From positions 1-64,000 of the IMG/VR virus record IMGVR_UViG_3300045988_055014: DNA of 64,000 nt; one strand, written 5' to 3'. The stretch comes from a virus. The notes beneath the pieces were generated by a model. The model ran no database searches, was not told where the DNA came from, and worked only from the letters and a program-made list of their open reading frames with translations. Position numbers and translations under genes: made by a program. How positions within the stretch are numbered: position 1 is the stretch's first letter; each line of letters opens with the position of its first letter. Positions 19,046 through 27,468 of this stretch are shown here, in pieces.

Positions 19046-19100
19046 TGGAGCATGAGGGAGTCGAACCCTCGTCCAAACGATTCATCCAATGACCTAACAG
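19046..19100 (-). ncRNA. ssrA: tmRNA-like, acceptor piece (T-arm + 3' acceptor strand) of a permuted gene
   Basis: Minus strand reads ...TCGTTTGGAC-GAGGG-TTCGACT-CCCTC-ATGCTCC-A (19080-19046). ATGCTCC pairs 7/7 with GGGGCAT at 18904-18898, including G3:U70. It lies UPSTREAM of the 5' half, separated by a 141-nt intervening segment (19045-18905). Confidence 0.65.
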
Positions 19101-19466
19101 TCAATATACTTTTATTTCTATAGGATTATCTCCAAAACACATATTTCTTTTATCAAATGGTACATAATGAGTACATAAGAATCCTGCATCATTAAATAGT
19201 TTAGCTGTACCTATTGGTACACTAATAGAATTATTATGTTTTAGATCTATCCACCAACTTCTTTTTGTTGTTTCATGAACATATCTAACAGGTTTATTAT
19301 AGAATAGATGTTCACCCCACATATCTGCTGCAATATAGCTCATGATAAATAATTTTAAGTTGTAAATATAAAGAGCTTTGCACACCTCTGCGCCTTCATA
19401 TCCTGGCAGATTGGATAACGCCTCAATTAGAGAGATATACATCATACACGAGTTTTCATATATCAT
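19101..19466 (-). CDS. hypothetical protein
   Basis: The track ORF starts at TTG 19487. The first ATG is at 19466. The stop TGA 19103-19101 directly abuts the tmRNA acceptor piece. Confidence 0.45.
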   Translation of the reverse strand: MIYENSCMMYISLIEALSNLPGYEGAEVCKALYIYNLKLFIMSYIAADMWGEHLFYNKPVRYVHETTKRSWWIDLKHNNSISVPIGTAKLFNDAGFLCTHYVPFDKRNMCFGDNPIEIKVY

Positions 19467-19572
19467 TGGGTTGATATAATAGTGCAATATACTCTTTTAG
19501 TAGTATAGAAAGCGATCAAACTCTCTATACTTAATATGTAATTCTAAAGTAATAGTACATACTGTTGATTAT

Positions 19573-19969
19573 TAGCATAAAAGCATTGAATCTAGTATAT
19601 AATAGCATAAAGCTGCTATTACTTTAGAATTTATAGTCTTTGACAGAATACATATTATACCAAGTGCTCATCTAGCAAGCTAGAGACTCAATTGAAATAT
19701 AGACATAAAGTACTATATGTATATGTATTTTGATATACTTACTGTTTTTCGTCTATGAGACTATCCTTTATTTTATTAGCATAAAAGCATTTAAATAAAG
19801 AATGATCTATTTATAGCACATGATCAGTAGGCATAATATCCTATTACTAGCATAAAAGCATTGAATAGAACTGTCAATTCAGTTCATTTTGCCTGAATTT
19901 TTTAGTGCGACAATGCGACTTATATAATCTGCAGGGCTTACTTTTACTCTATTTAGCATAAAAAGCATT
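19573..19969. repeat. four dispersed copies of the motif TAGCATAAAAGCATT
   Basis: Copies at 19573-19587, 19777-19791, 19848-19862 and 19954-19969 (the last has one extra A), plus a partial AATAGCATAAAGC at 19601-19613. All lie in the 500-nt intergenic region between two minus-strand genes. Confidence 0.8.
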
Positions 19970-19986
19970 TAGAGTTTGGATGTTGA

Positions 19987-20436
19987 TTAAAGATAGATGT
20001 TTTCGTATCTTGAACCAAAGACTTCTTCTTTCGCTTTTGCGATAGATTCGTCTTTCTTTTCTGTAAGTTCTGAATACTGTTTGTCCCAAGCTTTATAATC
20101 ACCGGTAGCTTCAAATTCAGCTTGAGCTTTCTTCAGACTTTCAGAAAAGTCTTTCATAATGTTTTTATGTTTTGATGCAAAACGTCCGTATCTTTCAGCT
20201 CTAGAAACAGCCTTTTCACAGTCCTGAATTCTACGTTTTACTTCACGAGAATCACGTTCAAGTTGTTCCTGTTGAATCTGTTTCTTTGCTTCAGTAACTG
20301 CCGATGCTTCAACTTTGCCGTCTTTTTCTTCTTGAGCTTTCATTCCAGCTTCAAAGTTATAACTTCCATCAGTTGCTTTGTCACATAACATTGTTGCACC
20401 TAACATAATTCCTTCAGGGTTCATAAAATTTTTCAT
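19987..20436 (-). CDS. hypothetical coiled-coil protein
   Basis: 149 aa, Glu/Lys-rich and heptad-like. Confidence 0.55.
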   Translation of the reverse strand: MKNFMNPEGIMLGATMLCDKATDGSYNFEAGMKAQEEKDGKVEASAVTEAKKQIQQEQLERDSREVKRRIQDCEKAVSRAERYGRFASKHKNIMKDFSESLKKAQAEFEATGDYKAWDKQYSELTEKKDESIAKAKEEVFGSRYENIYL

Positions 20437-20485
20437 AATTCTTTTGATTTTAATTGTTAATAATTGATTTATTTAAGTGAATGAA

Positions 20486-20620
20486 TCAACTCCATAAAGT
20501 ATCTGATAAACTTCTGCGATAGATCTCATCTCTTTCTTCTTGAATATCTATCTGCATTTGAATAACAATACTTATCAGTTCTTCTTTTGTTTTCTTTTCT
20601 AGTTCTTCTTTTGTCCACAT
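20486..20620 (-). CDS. hypothetical small protein
   Basis: 44-aa ATG-to-TGA ORF, below the track cutoff. Weak support. Confidence 0.3.
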   Translation of the reverse strand: MWTKEELEKKTKEELISIVIQMQIDIQEERDEIYRRSLSDTLWS

Positions 20621-20813
20621 AATAATAAAGAAATAGAAAGTTATACTATCTATTCGTACGCCTTATTTGATAGCTAGCCCTTTTCCTTCTCCTGACCTTA
20701 AATAAGGTTGACCGTTGTATAGTCCGTAGGTATTAATCACCTTTAGGGGTCTGGCGTTATAACCTTCTTTGTTGATTGGATTCTATCATAACTACTTAAT
20801 TAGTAATTCTTAA

Positions 20814-20945
20814 TTAGACAATAGCTCTTTTCCTTTTATACGGTTGCATTTTAGAATGTTTAACCTTTTTCTTAGACTGATATTCTGCTGCTTTTCCTGA
20901 TTGTTTAGAACCTGGAAAATGAGATTCTTTATAGGTCTTTCCCAT
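20814..20945 (-). CDS. hypothetical small basic protein
   Basis: 43-aa ORF beginning 3 nt after the stop of ORF 20949..21338. Weak support. Confidence 0.3.
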   Translation of the reverse strand: MGKTYKESHFPGSKQSGKAAEYQSKKKVKHSKMQPYKRKRAIV

Positions 20946-20948
20946 AGC

Positions 20949-21338
20949 TTATAACACTCTAATAGCTTGCATTAAAAGATCAAAGATATAAGCACATCCT
21001 TTTTTCTTAAGATATGCAATTGTAACCTCTTTTTCATTCAACATCATTTCGATTTGAGTTCTGGTTAATTTACCATCTTCAATCAATTTCCAGAAATTGG
21101 CATTGATTGCAGCAATATTCATTAAACCAGCAGCAGTACATACTGTAATAACATCTTTTAAGATAGCTTCGATTGCTTGTGCATTTGAAGTACTAGTGGC
21201 AAATTTACTTGTTTCAAGTATTTCTGTATGTACTTCTTGTAGACCAAGTTTTTTAGCCATAAGAGCTACAGCTGTTACAATACTCTCCTGATTAATTGAT
21301 GCAGGAATTCCAATAATTACAAAGTTTAAAGATTTCAT
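20949..21338 (-). CDS. hypothetical protein
   Basis: 129-aa ORF, no motif recognised. Confidence 0.55.
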   Translation of the reverse strand: MKSLNFVIIGIPASINQESIVTAVALMAKKLGLQEVHTEILETSKFATSTSNAQAIEAILKDVITVCTAAGLMNIAAINANFWKLIEDGKLTRTQIEMMLNEKEVTIAYLKKKGCAYIFDLLMQAIRVL

Positions 21339-21349
21339 TTGATATGAAT

Positions 21350-21619
21350 TTAAAGTTGTTTATAAATTTCTTGACTATAGTACTTACCGCATCTTTCACA
21401 GTAAGTTCTTTTAGTAATAGTAATATTTAATTCATTGTTATTGGGCTCATTTTTCCATTTATGCCCATGAATCAAACATTGTGAACGTAATGCAACTTCT
21501 TTTTGCCGTTTAGGATTACTTAATAATTCTATTTCAGCAAGTCGTTTAATGTTACTCTGATAGGCTTTTAGCCTTCTGTAACTGCTAATTTTTAGCTTAA
21601 TTTTCTTAAAAATATTCAT
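21350..21619 (-). CDS. hypothetical protein with a C-terminal Cys/His cluster
   Basis: The track ORF uses TTG 21691. The first ATG is at 21619. C..H..H...C..C pattern (CLIHGH...CERCGKY). Confidence 0.45.
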   Translation of the reverse strand: MNIFKKIKLKISSYRRLKAYQSNIKRLAEIELLSNPKRQKEVALRSQCLIHGHKWKNEPNNNELNITITKRTYCERCGKYYSQEIYKQL

Positions 21620-22099
21620 TCTTACATATTTAATAGTTTTAATTATACAACATTTTGAGGACGTCCAGCTGCAACTGGAAGGTTTTATCAATCTTAATTA
21701 TATATTAACACACGTTTTTACTATACGCTTACAGTAAATGAAGAAATTAATACGTAATTTATACAACATATTGCAGTATATTGCAGGCTTGACGATTCAC
21801 ATAGTTGTTCGGCTTCTACACCAATACAGCTTAATTGAAATACTAATTAAAAATGACTCTCACTTAGTTTTAACTCATAAGCAGATATAGCTGTCAAACT
21901 AATCTTATTGGAGTACATGGTTTTAACGTCTGCACTAATACTAATCTCCGCCACCTACCTTCAAACGGCATTTGAACTACTGTTCTCCTGTCATCTGACC
22001 CGATTAGATATAAGCCCCACATGTTTGTCACTGATTCTCACAGTAAGGAGGCAGCTGCATCTATTCTCACGAACCAATACAGCTTTGTCTGATTTAATT

Positions 22100-22321
22100 T
22101 TAAAACCCTATTTTCTTCTTTATAGAATTATCTTTTTTACAAAAAATTAAAGTAGCTGAGTATTGTGAACCTGTTGTAAATAATTCAGCACTTGCTTCAT
22201 CTTCACTATAGTTCTTAAGCTTTTCTAATTCTTCGTTTACTCTAGTCTCAAATTGTTCTAGAGATTCATCTTCGTGTTTTAACACTAATTTTCTAATGTA
22301 CTGCGGCATGGATTGAGTCAC
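22100..22321 (-). CDS. hypothetical small protein
   Basis: 73-aa ORF overlapping the upstream gene's end. Confidence 0.45.
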   Translation of the reverse strand: MTQSMPQYIRKLVLKHEDESLEQFETRVNEELEKLKNYSEDEASAELFTTGSQYSATLIFCKKDNSIKKKIGF

Positions 22322-22709
22322 TATTAGGTTGTGGTAACGAGGATCTTGGCATACTATCTGGTATATATTCTTTTTGTATATCCATACTCCTCTTTATTAA
22401 TTTATCATAAAAATCTTTATTACTAATGTAAATAGATACAATTTCATGATTTGATAAATCTGTACCTTTAGTCACAAGTATTTGAGTTAGTACTTGTTCT
22501 GGTATAACCAGAAATACACTATCTACATACTTGTCTAATCTCATGTTTTCACGCCACTGTAACACTTCTTGCACTGTTGGTGCGATTGTTTGTTCAATTG
22601 TATCCGTTTCAGGGATTCGCTTTTCTCTTGGATGAGGTTTTGCACAACTGATAAAAATTGCTAATGCTGCTATTGCTGCAAATAGCCAAGATACATGTTT
22701 ACTTTTCAT
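22293..22709 (-). CDS. putative lipoprotein
   Basis: Signal peptide MKSKHVSWLFAAIAALAIFIS-C with a lipobox-like FISC. Confidence 0.55.
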   Translation of the reverse strand: MKSKHVSWLFAAIAALAIFISCAKPHPREKRIPETDTIEQTIAPTVQEVLQWRENMRLDKYVDSVFLVIPEQVLTQILVTKGTDLSNHEIVSIYISNKDFYDKLIKRSMDIQKEYIPDSMPRSSLPQPNSDSIHAAVH

Positions 22710-22724
22710 TCTTGATAAATGTTT

Positions 22725-22928
22725 TTATTTGTTTAACATTGAGTAGATTTCTTCTACCGATTCTCTTGCTTCAAGAGCGAGGTTTTCTACTACACTACTG
22801 TCTGTAATATAGACAGAAGATCCTTCTGGATATTCTACTGATGGTATAACTGAAGAAATAAGATCTGCTCTTACAGCAGCTGGTTTTCCTTCATTCTCAT
22901 TGTCATGTAATAATAAAAATTTACTCAT
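22725..22928 (-). CDS. hypothetical small acidic protein
   Basis: 67-aa ORF. Confidence 0.45.
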   Translation of the reverse strand: MSKFLLLHDNENEGKPAAVRADLISSVIPSVEYPEGSSVYITDSSVVENLALEARESVEEIYSMLNK

Positions 22929-23058
22929 TTTGATAATGTTTTAAGTTAATACTAAGTATATAAATGCTATTAATACAGCATCTATTACAATTAATACTCT
23001 TGTTACTGGATGTGTTTCATACCAGTTCTCAAACTTATTCCACCAAATATCTGCTAGA

Positions 23059-23316
23059 TCAGCTTGGTTTGATTTCTTCGTATCCATCTTTTTTGTCTTT
23101 ATATCCACTTCCTAGTGTATATACAAAAGATAATATGCAGAATACAAATAGTGCGACTATCACTACTTTAGAGTAATACCAATAATTCCAGTAATCGGTA
23201 TATAACAGTCCGTACACTTCTTCATCAAAGAAATATATTCCTTGATGTTCAATAATCATCACAGCTGCAAATAATGCAGTTATGAGTCCAAATAAAAAAT
23301 ACATTAACTTTTGCAT
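23059..23316 (-). CDS. small integral membrane protein
   Basis: 85 aa with two clear hydrophobic helices. Confidence 0.5.
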   Translation of the reverse strand: MQKLMYFLFGLITALFAAVMIIEHQGIYFFDEEVYGLLYTDYWNYWYYSKVVIVALFVFCILSFVYTLGSGYKDKKDGYEEIKPS

Positions 23317-23394
23317 AATAATTATTTATTGATTAAATACTATTTGCTACAAATACTATTGTTACTACTATTGCTAATAATATTAGTAAGTATA

Positions 23395-23712
23395 CTAATA
23401 ATCTGATAGTAATAACAATGCGCCAGAATCGTTCATTTCCCATATACTTTTATACTTATTGTTGAGTTCTCTCCAAAAATTGTATCCTTCTTTTGTACAA
23501 TCCCATGCGAATGTACATTCGATTGCTGCGTAAGGATCTCTTAATTTTGTATAAAGACACGATAGGTTTATGCTATGAACGATTGCATATTTACTAGTGT
23601 TATCTAGAAATCCATCTAATACTCTTTCCTTAATAAGAAAAGTAAGTAATAGATATGGCATATTAAATAATATTTGTCTTCTGACTTTTTGTTGTTCTGC
23701 TAACTTTTTCAT
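23395..23712 (-). CDS. hypothetical protein
   Basis: 105-aa ORF with an ATGA-type overlap to the upstream gene. Confidence 0.5.
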   Translation of the reverse strand: MKKLAEQQKVRRQILFNMPYLLLTFLIKERVLDGFLDNTSKYAIVHSINLSCLYTKLRDPYAAIECTFAWDCTKEGYNFWRELNNKYKSIWEMNDSGALLLLSDY

Positions 23713-24008
23713 TGATTGAATTGTACCTTTTTATGAACTTTAAATGTTACCTCAGTATCACTCTTAACTTCAATAGTAAAGTAAGGAGGTGATCTACTAT
23801 TTAGTCTTCGTTTGATATATTTAACTACATAATCTGTAGTTAATACTTCAAATTGAAGGAAACTACGCCATTTGCCAGTTTTACCTATGTGTAGTTTTGA
23901 GTTCTTACGATCAATATTAGTAACAGGATTAACGCTACTTTGATTACCAGCTGACTTAGTTACTACTAAATCACCTATTCTAAGATTCTGAAATTGTTCT
24001 AATGTCAT
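23709..24008 (-). CDS. hypothetical protein
   Basis: 99-aa ORF. Confidence 0.5.
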   Translation of the reverse strand: MTLEQFQNLRIGDLVVTKSAGNQSSVNPVTNIDRKNSKLHIGKTGKWRSFLQFEVLTTDYVVKYIKRRLNSRSPPYFTIEVKSDTEVTFKVHKKVQFNQ

Positions 24009-24571
24009 TTCATATTTTTTTAGTTTATTGATTAAACTTATAAAGAGGACAGCTAATGCTGTCCCCTACTATTTACGTATAGTTACGTTGTCATTCTTTG
24101 TTCATCTAATGACAGATGCTCAGAACTATTTTTGATTTTAAAATAGTGAAAACTACTTCATACTGAGTTTAGATAGTGCTTACACGTTTGTACCACACAC
24201 TATGATGATACTAATACTACATGTAGTTAAGGCTCTGCATTCTGTCAGGCTTGCCACTGTCTCTTGGCTGCATTACTATTGTAGTATAAATAACTCTATA
24301 CCTAGGATAAGATAGTAGATTATTTAAAATAATAGTATAATCTTCCAAAACTATACTATATCTAACAATAATAATATTATCCACAGAATAAATTGACCAA
24401 GTACAACAATTAATGTTATAGTTGTCATTAAATTGTTCTTTTGTCTTTTATCCATATATGTTGTTTTTTTGATAAAAAGAAGTTTAGAAAGTTGCTATAA
24501 TGATGACTCAATTGGAATGAAACGGTAGACATAGCTCTCACAGTTGTATTGCAAGAGCTATATATTAAAGT

Positions 24572-25261
24572 CTACTCGTCATCATCATCATCGCTAGTTT
24601 GTTGAGAATTTTTGGGAGTTTGTACAGGATTACTGATAGTTTCCTTAGATTCTGGTTTACTTACACGTTTTTCAAACCAATAATTACCGCTAGATAAGTT
24701 TGCATTAGCATTGCGTACAATTACGTCAGTATAAGTACCTCCGTTTAAGTCATTATCCCATTCGTTTGTATCCTTATAATCAGTAATTTCGCCCGTTTCC
24801 TCATCTACTACCATCTCAATGCGAGAATATCCGACAGCGTTTAGCCGTGTCAATTCTTTTTGTTCACCGTTTGCATCAGCGTAGTAAATTCTACTTACAT
24901 TGAATACTTCACTAACTGGTAATGTTTTGTAAACCAAAGGTAAAGAAAATTCGCAATCTGATAACTTAATCACTTCACCCTTTTTAGTTGTGAATGATTT
25001 AGTTTCGCTTTCCATACACTTAATAAACCTGTCAAGCATTTTCTTATATGCTTTCGCCGTTTCGTCTTCAGTAGGAAACAGACACTTAACAAGATTGATA
25101 TTGCGTATTGCGGCTGCCTTTGGGTTCAACACTTTAACGCCGCCTATTGTAATGAAAGTGTCAGCGTTTTTCTCACCCTGAGAATAACTGAATGTACATA
25201 CATAGAACTCATCTCCATTAGTACTCACTCTCTTTTCTGCTGAAATTAATTTACTTAACAT
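24572..25261 (-). CDS. hypothetical protein with an acidic C-terminal tail (first gene of the leftward arm, SD-led)
   Basis: ATG 25261 is preceded by AAGGAGGG (plus 25269-25276) with a 7-nt spacer. 229 aa, ending ...TSDDDDDE and then TAG. The tail is reminiscent of phage SSB/annealing proteins, but the family is not recognised. Confidence 0.5.
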   Translation of the reverse strand: MLSKLISAEKRVSTNGDEFYVCTFSYSQGEKNADTFITIGGVKVLNPKAAAIRNINLVKCLFPTEDETAKAYKKMLDRFIKCMESETKSFTTKKGEVIKLSDCEFSLPLVYKTLPVSEVFNVSRIYYADANGEQKELTRLNAVGYSRIEMVVDEETGEITDYKDTNEWDNDLNGGTYTDVIVRNANANLSSGNYWFEKRVSKPESKETISNPVQTPKNSQQTSDDDDDE

Positions 25262-25399
25262 GATTTTACCCTCCTTGATTAGTTTATACTTGTTGTTTAA
25301 GTGGAATAGCCCTACGATACAAGACCATAGGGGTGTTTCACTCCGATACAAGGTAGAGGGGTGTGAATTTTTGCTGGTTCCCACACGCAGATTTCTTCA

Positions 25400-25560
25400 C
25401 CAAAAAAAATTTTTTATATATTTTTATTTTAAATAATGTTAAAAAATAGCTATTAAACTTAAATAAATATTCATAATAAATGTTAATAATAATAACTATT
25501 ATAACTAAATATACGTTACTGTATACAGTAGATACAGTTAAATACAGTATGAATACAGAA
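25400..25560. promoter_or_regulatory. AT-rich tract plus ATACAG iterons in the divergent switch region (origin/promoter candidate)
   Basis: A8T6 tract at about 25402-25415. About 100 nt of near-pure A/T. ATACAG occurs at 25523, 25532, 25542 and 25553 (9-11 bp spacing). Confidence 0.35.
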
Positions 25561-26137
25561 GATATATTAGAAGAACTAACTAAAGTAGATGATGTAAGTC
25601 CTATTACTTTAGATTTAATCTTTACTTATTTATGATAACATTAGCAATTATATATGTAGTAAGTATTATAACAATGATATATAGTTATACTACTGCTCCA
25701 GAAATAAATAATGAAGAATGAACTACTACTTTATAAGACAAAAAGATCAATAGTATTCTAATTGCCTTTACTTAAGTAAGATAAGTAAAAACTATAAATT
25801 AGACGATAATTATAGATCGTTTACTTTACCAGGACAAATAGAATACACATTCTCAGAAGAATTATACAAATAGTTTAAAAAAGAAATAAATACAGTTAAA
25901 TGACAGAATTTACTGCACTATGTTTAGTAGGTATGTTAGGGTGTTTAGCCTACATAATACTGAATAAACTAACAAAATAATTGTGCCCTAAGTACACGGG
26001 ATCGTAGTACATTCCACGCTTACAAAGTTATCTATAGGTAGAAGCGCACCAGGGAATCCTAATCGTAAGTAGGCTCAGTTTAGCTACCTTTCTGACGGTC
26101 ATTAGATAAAAAAGGTAGCCCCTAAAACGGTATTACT

Positions 26138-26344
26138 ATGGAAAAGAACGAACAAAAAAAAACAGATAGGATTGAATATGTTTTCAGAAATAAAACTTAT
26201 ATAGCCACTCCTGAACTTAGTAAGGGTTGCTGTGTAGGTTGTGCATTTGTTAATAATATGAACTGTGCAAACTTTAAGGACAGGATGAACATCTGTCATA
26301 AAGGTTATATCTTTAAGCGTAAATTTAATCATATAGATGAGTAA
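26138..26344 (+). CDS. small Cys-rich protein
   Basis: 68 aa, CCVGC...C...C.H pattern. First gene of the rightward arm. Confidence 0.5.
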   Translation: MEKNEQKKTDRIEYVFRNKTYIATPELSKGCCVGCAFVNNMNCANFKDRMNICHKGYIFKRKFNHIDE

Positions 26345-26389
26345 CCTTACTTTACTTACTGCGTTAATAACAGTATTAAAATAAATATT

Positions 26390-26743
26390 ATGGAAGATAA
26401 AGTACTAGAAACAGTGGTAAACGGATTGGAATATAGTTTTGAAAAAGATATATTAGTAAAACCTTTAGCTCCTATTATGATTACTAAAGAATATACAGAG
26501 CAGATTCCTACTGGAGAAAAAGATGAAGAAGGTTTTAATAAGTATGAAGTGAAGACTCATACTAAAGAAGTTGAATCAGATTTTGCAAAAGGTATTGTTC
26601 TATCTATTCCAACCAGTACTGATAGTACCATTAAGGTTGGTGATACTATAGTATACCCGAAGAAATTTGCTAAAGACTTTGATCTATTCAAGGACTCACA
26701 ATTAGTTAAACCATACGACGTTGTAGCTAAAGTCGTTAAATAA
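26390..26743 (+). CDS. GroES-like co-chaperonin candidate
   Basis: 117 aa. ILVKPL..., KGIVLSIP, IKVGDTIVYPK and ...LVKPYDVVAKVV are laid out like GroES / T4 gp31-type cochaperonins. Similarity judged by eye only. Confidence 0.4.
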   Translation: MEDKVLETVVNGLEYSFEKDILVKPLAPIMITKEYTEQIPTGEKDEEGFNKYEVKTHTKEVESDFAKGIVLSIPTSTDSTIKVGDTIVYPKKFAKDFDLFKDSQLVKPYDVVAKVVK

Positions 26744-26771
26744 GCTATCATAATACCTTGTTGAATAAGTT

Positions 26772-26800
26772 ACCCTGCCATCAAAGCAGGGTTTCTTTTT
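26772..26800 (+). terminator. rho-independent terminator
   Basis: ACCCTGC (26772-26778) / GCAGGGT (26786-26792) stem followed by TTCTTTTT. Confidence 0.65.
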
Positions 26801-26875
26801 GTCATTACTTTACTAAACCTTAATAAATGTTAAATATTTTAAACACTTTTTATATTAATACGTTTAAAGAGCATT

Positions 26876-27070
26876 ATGGGAACAATGATAATATTTCTTG
26901 TTAGTGTTATTGGTTTTGGTATTCTTACATATTGTCAAGGAAAGAGAGAAGGTTACACGCAAGGTAGAATTGATGGATATGAAGAATGTAAAAAGAACTT
27001 TAACAGGATACAAGAATTTAAACAGAAGATATTAAATAAAAAGTTAGATATATGGAAGGATATAAAGTAA
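26876..27070 (+). CDS. small membrane protein
   Basis: 64 aa with an N-terminal TM helix IIFLVSVIGFGILTY. Confidence 0.5.
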   Translation: MGTMIIFLVSVIGFGILTYCQGKREGYTQGRIDGYEECKKNFNRIQEFKQKILNKKLDIWKDIK

Positions 27071-27468
27071 TTAAGGAATTCAGTTTTGCTGAAAAAGGCG
27101 ATGTATTTACTAAGGTTGAAGACTTGAATTTATGGGAACTACAGAAGTCTGAAACAAAACCAGAAATGGAAACTTATACTTCTATGGCGTTTGATTCATC
27201 TACTATGGATGAATTAGCTAAAAAAGATTATGTAATCTGGTTTAGTGAAGATGAAAATGATTGTTGTGTCTGTGATTGCTGTGATAAATTAGAAGAAGTA
27301 AAAGAATACGTTAATACTCTGATTGATACATATACTAAGGACTATAATGAACTAATAAAGGATTATAATGAAGGTAATGTTCAACAGTGTGTTAGAGTAG
27401 AGGCTGAAACAGTATATCATAATTTAAATAAGGTTCTTAATAGTATTAAAGATTTGTTAGATGAATAA
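27052..27468 (+). CDS. hypothetical acidic protein with a CCVCDCCD cluster
   Basis: 138-aa ORF. Confidence 0.5.
   Translation: MEGYKVIKEFSFAEKGDVFTKVEDLNLWELQKSETKPEMETYTSMAFDSSTMDELAKKDYVIWFSEDENDCCVCDCCDKLEEVKEYVNTLIDTYTKDYNELIKDYNEGNVQQCVRVEAETVYHNLNKVLNSIKDLLDE

Noticed and set aside
19046-19100. The tmRNA 3' end fragment could be an attP/attB remnant of integration into a host ssrA.
   Set aside because: An att remnant would explain only the 3' piece. Here a matching 5' acceptor strand with tmRNA-type D-analogue sequence and a tag-like frame lies 141 nt downstream on the same strand. No integrase is seen in the window. This cannot be fully excluded without covariance search and relatives.
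18841-19123. Track ORFs 18841..19092 (+) and 18908..19123 (+).
   Set aside because: They are antisense to the tmRNA-like gene, have non-ATG starts and unlikely composition.
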